A DNA stretch of 64,000 nucleotides. Origin: Leucoraja erinacea (lineage: Eukaryota). The stretch spans positions 32,798,001 through 32,862,000 of the forward strand of contig NC_073380.1 of assembly GCF_028641065.1 (NCBI RefSeq), written 5' to 3'. Below are positions 1 to 10,925 of the stretch, one piece after another. How positions within the stretch are numbered: the stretch's first letter is position 1; each line of letters begins with the position of its first letter. The notes beneath the pieces are model-generated. The model was given only the letters and a program-made list of their open reading frames with translations. It had not been told where the DNA came from and did not search any database. Made by a program: the position numbers and the translations under genes.

Positions 1-78
1 CTGAGCCGAAACGTCACCTATTCCATTTCTCCAGCAATGCTGCCTGACTCGCTGAGTTGCTCTAACTTTTTGTGTCTA
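1..78 (+). mobile_element. Penelope-derived terminal-repeat fragment, truncated by the window edge
   Basis: CCGAAACGTCACC...TGCTGCCTGACTCGCTGAGTT...TTTTGTGTCTA matches the module attached to the GIY-YIG remnant at 31878-32765. Confidence 0.7.
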
Positions 79-1587
79 ACTCCACCATTGACTAAATTCC
101 ACAATTTAGGAATCTGCAGATGGTGGTGCAATTCTGACTATTGTTCATTTCTGCATCAACTTACTCAAATGTAGTAAAAGCATTGTACTTTTGAATCAAT
201 TGATTAAATAATACAATCATAATTTGAGGCTGCCTTCCGCGTCAATTTGTATGTGCTCCTTTTTTGCAACGGGATCTCATTCCTGAAAGAGTTTTTTCTG
301 CCTTGTATTTTTGAAAATAATGCAGCACATTCAAGGACATTAAGCACAACATCAAAATTGATTTAACATTGTCCATTGTGTGTATGAAAACACCCACTTC
401 TGTCCATTATGTTGCTTCCTCGGTCCATCTTGCTCTAAATTTCTTAAGTCATTGTCACGTGAACAGTTGACATCTGTACATTTCTGGTCGGCCGACAAAA
501 CTGCATTAACTTTATTACAATTAAAACTACTCTCTTTATCCTGTTTTCACTGACTGATAAAGTCTCGCATTATCACAGACTAAAAGTCTCCTTTTTGTTG
601 TTCAATTTCTGTAAAGAAATAAGTTAGTTCAGGACCATCATTGGCTTAGATCAAGGTATCATCTATGTATTAGTGAGATTTTTTGCCTTGGGACATGAAA
701 TCAAGTGCTACAAGATAAAATAGCATTGCGTCCAGTTGAGCTGACAGTTCACAATGACATGCAGACTCGTAAACTTGTAGTTCAAAGATGAGTGGAGATG
801 AAACTGGACAGAAATATGAGAACGAAGCATCTTTCATTTAAGCAGCAATAATGTTTTGACAAAGACATCAACTTAGGATAAAACCCAACAAGATATGTTT
901 ATACTCACATTGTAAACCGAGGTTTTAACTATCAATAAATATTTTGAAATATCTTTGGCATAACTCCTTCTGTTCAGCTCAAAGAAACCTAAAGTTCAAA
1001 CCAAAATTCCCAACCAAAATAATTTGGACACCATGATAGATTTGAATGTCAATAGTCCACCGCAGTGTGAAATAATATTTACATGTTTGTCATTCAGTTG
1101 TTTTTCAATGTGGATCTGATTGCAAATTAGAATAACTATTTTGTAGCGAAAAAGGTGAGTGACAGAAGAGCAAGCTTCTTGGATTATGGTTTGTCATTTA
1201 TAAAATATAATGTAAAACAAAGAAGTGAAGCACATCATTTAGTTTCCTCAGGGGTTCTTTGTAAAAATTAGGCAGAATTCTGCAATGTTGATTCAACTGT
1301 TGATGCAAACTATTTGTAAATGTTGGGGTTTAAAGAAAAATATATTTATACTTTTTTTTTAGAAAGGCGCGTCATGATAAAATGTTGCTAAATACATATA
1401 GCTGCTTTGCTCCTCTTTTAGCCTATTTATATACTGCTAATACATTTTGCATATTATTTGTCATCTGATAATGATTGAAAATTTTAGCAGATTGCTGCCG
1501 GTTCCCAATTTCAAATCATTTATTTATATGGTAAAGTGCAAAGGTCTGGCACACCATGCTTTAGTTACCACTCCATGTTTTCTGTTT

Positions 1588-2212
1588 TAGACAAAAATGC
1601 TGGAGAAACGCAGCGGGTGAGGCAGCATCTATGGAGCGAAGGAAATAGGCAACGTTTCGGGTCGAAATCTGCCGACAAGGGAGATGCCGTGGTAGTCTGG
1701 CGCGCTGATCTCTACAAGGCTGAGGCCATGCGACAACTCTCAGACACCTCCTCCTACTTATCCTTGGACCATGACCCCACAGACGAACACCAGGCCACTA
1801 CCTCTAGCACCATCACTGACTTCATCAACTCTGGCTCCCTGCCCTCCCAAGCCTCCAACCTCATCATTCCCCAGCCCCGCACGGACTGATTTTACCCTCT
1901 CCCCAAAATCCTCAAACCTGACTGTCCTGGCAGACCCATTGTTTCTGCCTGTTCGTGTCCTACCGAAATTATTTCCACATACCTCGACTCCATCCTACCC
2001 CCCCTGGTTAAATCCCTCCCTACCTATGTTCAAGACACCTCACACGCTCTTCATTTACTCTAGGACTTCCGTTTTCTAGGCCCCCATTAAAAAGGGTTTT
2101 GACCCGAAAGTTGCGTATTTCCTTCGCTCCTTTGATGCTGCCTCACTCTCTGAGTTTCTCCAGCATTTTTGTCTACCTTCAATTTCCCAGCATCTGCAGT
2201 TCCTTCTTAAAC
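1588..2212 (+). mobile_element. Penelope-like element: inverted terminal repeat, RT fragment, terminal repeat
   Basis: ORF remnant ADKGDAVVVW...YKAEAMRQLSD followed by the frameshifted ccccaaaatc/ggcagacccattgtt (PKI, GRPIV) region typical of PLE RT. 1588-1668 is an inverted copy of 2090-2180. Confidence 0.8.
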
Positions 2213-2479
2213 ATGTTTTCTGTTTTGTTGTCATTGAATTAATTTAACCAACTGGCCACTGAATCTCCATTTGTTTCATTTCTTTACTGTGACATTTGAA
2301 AAATCTCAATGTTACACAGATCTCACCTGGTTTTCTGTTTCTTAGCCCATTAATTCAATAATGTTGCATAAGATGAGCTTGATTTGGAACCTCATTGGCT
2401 CTTTATTTATATTCTCTGTCTTTGTTCTGTTCTATAATGTTAGCAACGATCTTGGTATCTTCTCTACCATTTGCATTAA

Positions 2480-2680
2480 CTCAATATTTTCCTGAGCTAT
2501 TAACAACTCTCTTTTGAACTAGTCAGTCTTGCACTAAACCTTATCATGTATCTGTACACTGTGAATTACTCGATTGTAATCATGTGTTGTTTTCTGCTGG
2601 CTGGTTAGCATACAACAAAAGCTTTTCACTGTACCTCGGTACATGTGACAATAAACTACACTAAACTTAACTACTAAACC
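2480..2680 (+). mobile_element. Rex1/Babar-type LINE 3' end
   Basis: CACTGTACCTCGGTACATGTGACAATAAAC plus an (ACTAA)-like tail. The same end is seen reversed at 27660-27960 with ORF end SRFTDNFFPVVIKQLN. Confidence 0.6.
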
Positions 2681-2737
2681 TTTCTCAATGGATTTTCTTA
2701 ATTCATACATGGTGTCACAATTATCTTTGGACTAATT

Positions 2738-4557
2738 ATTGGCACTAAAAAAACTCAAGAGTAAGAAATCCACAGATTGTCATGATATTGACATGTTTAC
2801 AGTTAAAAACATTATAGAATGCATAGCAAGACCTCTGACTCACATTTGTAATCAGTCCCTTCAAACCGGTGTATTTCCCAACAAAATGAAAACAGCTAAA
2901 GTCATACCAATATATAAAACTGGAGACAAACATGTACTTTCAAATTACAGACCCATTTCATTGCTTCCACAGTTCTCCAAAATACTGGAAAAAATATTTT
3001 GCACAAGACTGGACGAATTTATCACCAAACATAACATACTGTACGAACAACAATATGGTTTTAGAGCTAACAGAACAACTTCATTTGCAATTATTGAATT
3101 TATAGAAAAAATTACTAAGGCAATAGAAAATGCAGTATGCAGTAGGGATTTTTTTGGACTTAAAAAAAGCATTTGACACCGTAGACCACGAGTTATTAAT
3201 AAAGATAAGGAAACTACAAAGATATGGCATTAGAGGCATCGCACTATCATGGCTATCCAGCTACCTACAGAACCGGGAACAATATGTCGAAATACAAAAC
3301 CATAAATCACAATTACTGCAGGTTACGTGTGGGGTGCCCCAGGGCTCAGTGTTAGGGCCATTATTATTCATTTTGTATATCAATAATATATGTGAAGTGT
3401 CAAAAACTCTTGAAACTATTCTCTTCGCTGATGATACTAACTTACTCTGCTGTGGAGACAACTTGGAACAGCTCCTGGATAGTATGGAAAAGGAATTGAG
3501 CAGGATGAAGATCTGGTTTGACGAAAATAAACTCACATTGAATTTAAGTAAAACAAAATTCATAATATTTGGAAATCGATCAACCAACACAGAGAAAAAG
3601 CTCATGATAAATGGCACAGAAATAGAAAGAGTATCTGAAATAAAATTTCTTGGAGTATTAATTGACAACAAATTAACTTGGAAACCTCACATAAATTATA
3701 TTAAAGCCAAAATATCCAAACCAATTGCAATACTGAATAAAGCCAGAGACCTACTAAATCAAGCCTCCCTGTATATGTTGTACTGCTCCCTCATACTCCC
3801 ATACATGATCTACTGTGTGGAGGTATGGGGGAACACATACAAAACAAATACACATCCAATCTTCATCCTCCAAAAAAGAGCAATACAAATTATACATAAA
3901 ACCACCTACAGACAATCAACAAAACCATATTTATCAGACTAAAAACATTAAAATTTCAAGATCTGACAGATTATAAAACTATCCAAATTATGTTCAAAGC
4001 AGCTAATCAGCAATTGCCTTGTAATATCCAGGGGTTGTTCCAACGGAGAGAAAGCAAACAAAACCTGAGAGGAACCTATATATTCGAAAAAACGGCAATA
4101 AGAACTAATGCAAAACTCCATTGTGTTACAGCAAAGGGTGTTAGTCTCTGGAATAACTGCCATGATGAGCTGAAAAAATGTAAGACTCTATTCAAACTAA
4201 AAACACTCTTCAGAAACAAAAGATTGAATGGTTATGAGCTGGACCAGTGATTTTCTTTTCTTTTCTGTTTGGTTATTTCTTGTGTGTTGACTGTTCAACA
4301 GATTGTGGGTCCATTTGTTCCCATTATTTTGTTTTTCCATGAAAATGTATAGAAAATAAGAGGGGGTAGGATCAGAAAAGTTTTCGAACTTCTTCTCCCC
4401 TTTTGAACATGAACGATATTATTTGTATTATTTGAGTTACTTATTTGTTTGTTTTCCTTTGTGTTTTATTTTCTTTTTTTATTGCTTACAAGTTTATTTG
4501 TGTTTGTATTTTTTAACATGTTCAATAAATTAATAAAGTTAAAAATAAGTAAAAAAG
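2738..4557 (+). mobile_element. 5'-truncated L2-group (Crack/Daphne-like) LINE; RT pseudogene with two frameshifts
   Basis: [48 protein letters not shown] and LFADDT in ORFs 2739-3176, 3130-3942 and 3990-4250. T-rich 3'UTR and A-rich tail ending near 4557. Confidence 0.85.
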
Positions 4558-4880
4558 TAGATGCAGTAGTACGCCATTCGGCCCTTCGATCCAGCACTGC
4601 CATTCAATGTGATCATGGCTGATCATCCCCAATCAGTACCCCGTTCCTGCCTTCTCCCCATATCCCCTGACTCCGCTATCTTTAAGAGCCCTTTCTAGCT
4701 CTCTCTTGAAAGTATCCAGAGAAACGGCCTCCACCGCCCTCTGAGGCAGAAAATTCCACACTCACAACTCACTGTGTGTGAAAAAGTGTTTCCTCGTCTC
4801 CGTTCTAAATGGCTTACCCCTTATTCTTAAACAGTGGCCCCTGGTTCTGGACTCCCCCAACATCGGGAACATGATTTCTG
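4558..4880 (-). mobile_element. CR1 (HER1-type) LINE 3' end
   Basis: GGCCCTTCG...CCATTCAATGTGATCATGGCTGATC tail and the reverse of the RTRGHSLRIRG / LWNSLP C-terminal coding region. Confidence 0.85.
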
Positions 4881-4904
4881 CACATTGGCCTTCATCAGTC
4901 AGAG

Positions 4905-5490
4905 TAGTTCATAAGTTCTAGGGGCAGAATTAGACCATTCAGCCCATCGTGTCCACTCTGCCATTCAACCATGGCTGATCTATCTTTCCTTCTCAATCTC
5001 ATTTTCCTACCTTTGCCCCATAACCCCTGACACCCTTGAGTATTGAGTATAGAAGTTGGGATGTTATGTTACAATTGTACAAGATGTTGGTAGGTCCCAT
5101 TTGGTTTATTGTGTTCAGTTATGGCCAGCCTGCTATAAGAAAGACGTTGTTACACTGGAAAGAATGTAGAGAAGATTTGCCAGGACTTGAAGGGCCTAAA
5201 CCATAGAGAGAGGTTTGGCAGGCCAGGACTTTATTCCTTGGAGCCCAGAAGGATGAGGGGTGATCTTATAGAGGTGTATAAGATTTGAGGGGGCTAGATC
5301 GAGTAGTTGCACTGAATGTGTAGGAAGGAACTGCAGATGCTGGTTACATCGAAGATAGACACAAATAGGGGCTCGACCCATTCCTTCTCTCTGGAGATGT
5401 TGCCTGTCTCGCTGAGTTACTCCAGCTTTTGTGTCTATCCTTGAATTGTTGCAGTCTTTTACCCAGAGTAGGGGAATCAAGAACCAGAGG
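4905..5490. mobile_element. CR1 3' tail (-) plus CR1 ORF2 fragment (+), interrupted by a Penelope terminal-repeat fragment (about 5318-5440)
   Basis: Degraded CR1 coding sequence (GGGTGATCTTATAGAGGTGTATAAGAT, GAATCAAGAACCAGAGG) split by the AAGGAACTGCAGATGCTGG...GCTGAGTTACTCCAGC module. Confidence 0.65.
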
Positions 5491-6433
5491 ATTATTGTGC
5501 TGGAAATGTCTTCAGAGCTAACATTGACTATGTTTGATAATGGAATGCAATCAAATATGTTTTAATTCCCAATGTTATTATTTGTTTTAATCCATAAAGA
5601 TGGATTAATTAAATTTTGAACACGTGAAACATTAAAACCGCAGTGTTCGATTGTCACTGACACGTTATTACAGAATAAATTTTAATGGCAAATCAATGAT
5701 GTTAATATGGAGTATCAGTACTGTAGTTATTTAATGAGCAACATTCACAACTATACGCTGGATTTATCCAGGGTTTACTTCTACAGTCAGTCATATACAT
5801 CACAACTTTGGTCAGGAGATATTTCAGTTGAAATTTTAACGTTAATTCTGAAGTGGGAATGATGGAAAAAGCATTTATCAACAATTTATTTTTAAATGGT
5901 GCTTACAAACTGGGGATCTTCATTGCCACATACATCTAATCTGAATGTCTGGTAATGTGGCGTCTTGACACCTTTAAATATATTACCAAACATTTGCTGC
6001 ATTTATGTCCTTTGGCCATCTCTTGTTAGTTAGTGTAATGTTTAACCTGCCAGATAGGTATAGTCAGTTTTGTCAGCTATTATCATAAAATACCTTTAGA
6101 AAATTCCTTGCATCCTGTATATTTTGTTGTGGATAAATTATGTGGGAAGCGAGAGTGTTTCTGTACCAATAGCAATAGTGACCCATGTTATGGCCATGTC
6201 ATGATAATTTTCGGTCCTTCACAGAAAACATGCTTGCATCAATCTGCAGTGTGCATGGTTAAGCATATATGTTATCAAGGTCCAGGATTTATTGACACAA
6301 GTTGATCATACGCTGAATAATCCAACCACATTTTTGTTTGGAAGTGGAAAGAAATAATAAAAATTGCATTAAATGCAATGTGTAAAAAGAGTTGAGATAC
6401 CGTATTATAATTTTGCTGCATGTCATTGTGGTA

Positions 6434-6586
6434 CAGGTGCACAACCTTTTATCCGAAAGCCTTGGGACCAGACACTTTTCGTAATTCAGAATTTTTCGGC
6501 TTTCGGAATGGAAGATTTTTAGCGTAGATTTTAACGGCTGGCTCAGTGGTAGAGTGCTCGGCTCATATCCGCTAGATCGCGAGTTT
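6434..6586. mobile_element. Truncated copy of the TA-targeting non-autonomous DNA transposon at 16555-18234, including the tRNA-like module
   Basis: TA|CAGGTGCACAACCTTTTATCCGAA; near-exact reverse complement of 18082-18234. Confidence 0.85.
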
Positions 6587-6689
6587 AAGGTGAAAATTTA
6601 AGGCCCGGAAAATCGGACATAACTGGCTAACTTATCCATGTGCTTGGTTGTACTTATCCAGTAAGGACTGCATGGGATTTGACTTGTAA

Positions 6690-7110
6690 AGGGCCTGTCC
6701 CACTTTCACGACTTAATTCAAAACCTCTGCCGTGTTTAAAGGACCTAAAAAAAAATCAAGATCGTGGTAATCTATGAACTCCTACGACCTTCCACGACTA
6801 TGTTCACAAACTCATACGAGTATGTCTACGAATTCACACGACTATTTCGATGCCCTCCTTACGAGTAAAAAGTTGCAATTTCTTTCATCCCGACAATTAG
6901 TTTACTCGTGGACATTTTTTATCGGGCTGGAAAAAATGTCCCAACTTACCTGATGCCACAAGTACCTACGGATAGCATAACAAGCCGCTACGATATATCT
7001 ACGAACTCCTACGGCCTCCTACGAACTCGTTACGAACATTCTGTGAGTTTGAATCAAGAGGAAAACTCGGGAGAATTCGTGAATTACCTCGTGAAAGTGG
7101 GACAGTCCCT
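6690..7110. mobile_element. PIF/Harbinger MITE
   Basis: TIRs AGGGCCTGTCCCACTTTCACGA and TCGTGAAAGTGGGACAGTCCCT, flanked by TAA on both sides (3-bp TWA TSD); internal TACGA-rich subrepeats. Confidence 0.85.
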
Positions 7111-7739
7111 TAAAGCCTTCACATCAGGATGGGATTAGTTGCAGATGCATGCTTCTGATGCAAGCATGCTATTTCCCTTGTGACTGTGCTACCAGTAGCG
7201 GTCAGTATTACCTTCTCCATCATTTTGTTTTGTTTTGCTTGGGTTCCTTTTCAGGAAATCAAGGGATCATATGCGATATCTACTGACTAGCTGTACAAAC
7301 ACATCAAACATTATGGCTAACTAAGCATGACCAGTAGTTTTTGAATGCTTATTCAATGTAGAACGACATTGTGCTACATTTAGCATGACTGCTGCATTTT
7401 TATAAATGCAGGAATAACCTGATGAATGGTGAAATTCATCTCATACCTTAACTACTGCTGGAATATCATTTCAATTATTTCTTTGTTTTTAGCTTGTGAG
7501 AAAATAAGAGGTGAGAAAATAAACAATTATTTCCTTCTCTGATGAGATGGAAAAGAATAGGTTTTAGTTGAGGAAAAGAATACGATACAGCACTCCATGG
7601 CACTCTACATGAACCCATGTTTTAATGGCCCTCTTTATAATGGATTTCGGTTGTAGCGGACAGACGTACCGACAGCTGCCCGCACCACCCACATCTTCCC
7701 CGGCAACTAGCCAGCTCCACTTGCTACCTCTGGCAAATG

Positions 7740-8055
7740 CAAGAGCTTATGCAGCAACCAGGGTTCAATCCTGACTTCTGGCACTGTCTGCGTGAGGTTC
7801 ACATGTTCTTCCTGTGACTGCATGGGTTTCCTCCGGGTGCACCAGTTTCCTCCCACGTTGCAAAGATACGTAGGTTAATAACCTGCTTGGCCACTGTAGA
7901 TTGTCCCAGCTTGTAGGTGAGTGGTACAATCGATGGGAATGTGGGAAGAATTAAATTGGGATCAGTGTGAGGTTAGTTTAAATGGGTGGTTAACGATCGG
8001 TGTAGGCTCTGTGGGCCAAGCGGCCTGTTTCCATGCTGCATCTGTCTGTGACTCA
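7740..8055 (+). mobile_element. tRNA-derived V-SINE (HE1-like)
   Basis: B-box GGTTCAATCC, V-core GGGTTTCCTCCGGGTGCACCAGTTTCCTCCCAC, CR1-type tail GGGCC...GGCCTGTTTCCATGCTG. Confidence 0.8.
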
Positions 8056-8242
8056 GTGAAATGCTGATGTGTTCTTTGGGGTAGGGTCTGGCGTGTTGGA
8101 TGGAGTCATACAGCACAGAAACAGGCCCTTCAGCCCAACTCGTCCGTGCCATCCAAATGCCCCATCTTACCTGGTCTCATTTGCCCACATTGGTTCCCGT
8201 CCCTCTTAACCTTTCCTATCCATGTGCCTGTCTAAATGCATT

Positions 8243-9146
8243 TGGGGGGGGGGGGGGTGAAAAAGGGCTTTCTGTCTCTCCCTTCGGGGGAATGTGACTT
8301 TCTTGTCGTATCCCCCTTCTCTTCCCCCCGTCTGAGCTGAGGCCTAATGGCAGAGCTGGCGGCCTCCAACCTGCGACCGACCTCGAGGATCCGGAGGTAG
8401 ACCCAGCCAGGAATTACCAACGCGAGGCTGGCCGTCTTCGAGCTGCGGCGGCATTCGGGCAGCCCGGTGTGGCGCTGGGACGCTCCCGTGAGGGCGGCCC
8501 GGTGCGGGGCTGGAAGGCGCTCCCGTGTGGTTGGCCCGGCTCCCGGCTGGAAGGCGCTCCCATGTGGGCGGCCCAGCTTCCGGCTGGAAGGCGCTCCCGT
8601 GGGGGCAACCCGGTGCGGGGCTGAGACGCTCCCGTGTGGGCGGCCCGGTGCAGCGCTGAGACGCTCCCGTGTGGGCGGCCCGGTGCGGGGCGGAGACGGT
8701 GCTCCGTCGGCTGAGGCGGCGTTCTGGCGGCGGCGACCCGAATCCGGGGCTCGGCCGCGGGCCAGTGGATGACATCGTCGGGAGCTCGCGGGTCGCAGGT
8801 TGATGCCTGTTTTCCGGAGCTCCCGTGGCAACAACTGCGTCCACTGGACTGGAGGGCGGCAGCTTCGACCACCCCCGGGCAGCGGAGCTTGAACCGCGGG
8901 ACTGACTTACCATCGCCCGGTGGGGTATCGTCTCAGCGCAGACGGAGAAGAGGAAGGAAGAGACAGCAACCCTAAGACTTTTGCCTCCATCACAGTGAGG
9001 AGGTGCTTGGTGAACTCACTGGTGGATGTTAATTTGTGTTTATTGTGTGTTGTTTATTATTACATGTATGGCTGCAGGCAACGACATTTCGTTCAGACGG
9101 AAAGGTCTGAATGACAAATAAAGGATTCAATTCAATTCAATTCAAT
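8243..9146 (+). mobile_element. GC-rich non-coding retroelement with a Rex1-type 3' tail, inserted in a CR1 tail (8100-8240 / 9150-9220)
   Basis: Internal ~36-bp GC-rich tandem repeats at about 8460-8700; ends CATTTCG-hairpin-TGACAAATAAA-(ATTCA)n. Confidence 0.65.
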
Positions 9147-9494
9147 TTTACATGTTGTCATTCTACCTGCCACAACTACTTCCTCTGGCAACTTGTTCCC
9201 GACATCCACCCTCTGTGTAAATAGAGCAGAAGAAGAAAAAAATGGGCATATTGAGACTGAAAGCTTGAGACTGTAGGTCTTTCTATCCATTGCATTATTG
9301 GGCTCAGTACCTTCATGCCATCATTTTAAATAAAATGATTCAACATACTGAAGTGTGCAGTTGCAATGGTTTTAACAGGAGGTTAATCATGGGCCCCATG
9401 ATTTCCATATCTTCTCTCTGTGGGCTGGGTTCATCCCAGGTCCGTGCAAATAAAAAGTTAATCGTGATAAAGTTATGAATAAACACGTAATGAA

Positions 9495-9620
9495 ATTCAG
9501 GGGTTATGGGGAGAAGGCAGGAGAATGGGGTTAGGAGAGAGAGATAGATCAGCCATGATTGAATGGTGAAGTAGACCTGATGGGCAAAATGGCCTAATTC
9601 TGCTCCTATCACTTATGATT
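9495..9620 (+). mobile_element. CR1 3' tail
   Basis: GGGGTTATGGGGAGAAGGCAGG...GATCAGCCATGATTGAATGG...GGCCTAATTCTGCTCCT. Confidence 0.75.
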
Positions 9621-10162
9621 TTAAGATTATGAAATTACTTGACTACAATATGATGTTTATGATATTAATTCAATAACTGATTTAGATCCATTCTTGGAGT
9701 ATGACTGGTGTACCGAACATTAAATAAACATAACCAAATAGATAATTGAGGCAGACAACAGGACTTGAATAAAATTCTAAAAATCTCAAAAGAGTAACTA
9801 AATGTCAAAAAATAAGAAAAAAATTACCTGAAACTCTGAGGAGTTAACCAGGGACTCTGAAACCAAGAATCTCGGAAACATTGTGAAAAGTAGAGGATTG
9901 CTAAGGAGACCAGCTCTTTTTGATACTTTTTGTCTCTAGAATATATGACAAGCTGTCATATACTTACAACAACAGTAACATTCTCAGATAATTGGAACCC
10001 TATTGACTGGCCATATAACTGAATTCGCCATTTCTTTTGGGGTTTTTTATTAACATTCCTTTGGGATTGAGCTATTAATGCCAGTAAAACTAGAGAGCAT
10101 GCATTTTACTATTGGCATTACAATGCAGAATTGTGCTCTATCTGTACTTCAGTTTATCCATA

Positions 10163-10925
10163 TTCAGATTCAGATTCAGATTCAATTTTAATTGTCATTG
10201 TCAGTGTACAGTACAGAGACAACGAAATGCATTTAGCATCTCCCTGGAAGAGCGACTATAGCAAACGATTTGAATAAGTTAAAATTCCTTTTGTACGGGG
10301 GGGGGGGGTTGATTGCTCTTGTTGCCAAGGTACACAGTTGATAAAGTAAAAGCCGCCGGAATTTTAGATGTTCCTCGACCTGCTTTTCGTCAAGGAGAGA
10401 CCTGTAGCGGTCCCGGATGGTCCACGTGAAATAGACAGTCCATGTAATGGGGTGAGAGCAGTCCTTGGCGGGCTGAGCGCCCTCCGCAGACAGCGCTTGC
10501 GTTTGACAGACTCAATGGAGGGAGCGTGGCAAGATGTGATTCGTTGGGCAATTTTCATAGGGTCTGCAATGCCTTCCGGTAGTGAAAAAAAGCAGCAGAG
10601 AGCATATAGAATACTGTCATGAAGTAAGTAGGACTCTCGATGGTGCAGCAACAGAAGTTCATCAGGATCAGTGAGTGGAGACAGATGGACCTTCAACATT
10701 TTGGTTCAGGGCCGAGAGAGAGAAAGATGAGCCTTCTTGATCAGAGTGCGAGAGTATTGTGGGTCCAAGAGAGGTCACGGAGATGTTGACAATAGGAGAG
10801 GATGAAGCTATGCCTCACCTGGAAGGGCTCCGTCCAGTTATTGTGGATGGGGGTGTGCGTGCAGCCTCTGGATTTCCTGAAGTCTACAATGACACTCCTT
10901 GGTATTCTCATGTAGAGTGTGGATT
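10163..10925 (-). mobile_element. Rex1/Babar LINE 3' fragment, decayed
   Basis: Minus-strand ORF remnant KIAQRIT...PSIESVKRKRCLRRALS, a VDFRK-type RT remnant near 10880, and tail CATTTCGTTGTC...GACAATGACAATTAAA(TGAATC)n. Confidence 0.75.

Noticed and set aside
7493-7510. 18-nt microexon (TTTTTAG|CTTGTGAGAAAATAAGAG|GTGAGA)
   Set aside because: The donor arises from a local GTGAGAAAATAA tandem duplication; no other support
8232-8913. Overlapping 150-200 aa ORFs
   Set aside because: Stop-poor GC-rich tandem repeat that is open in several frames
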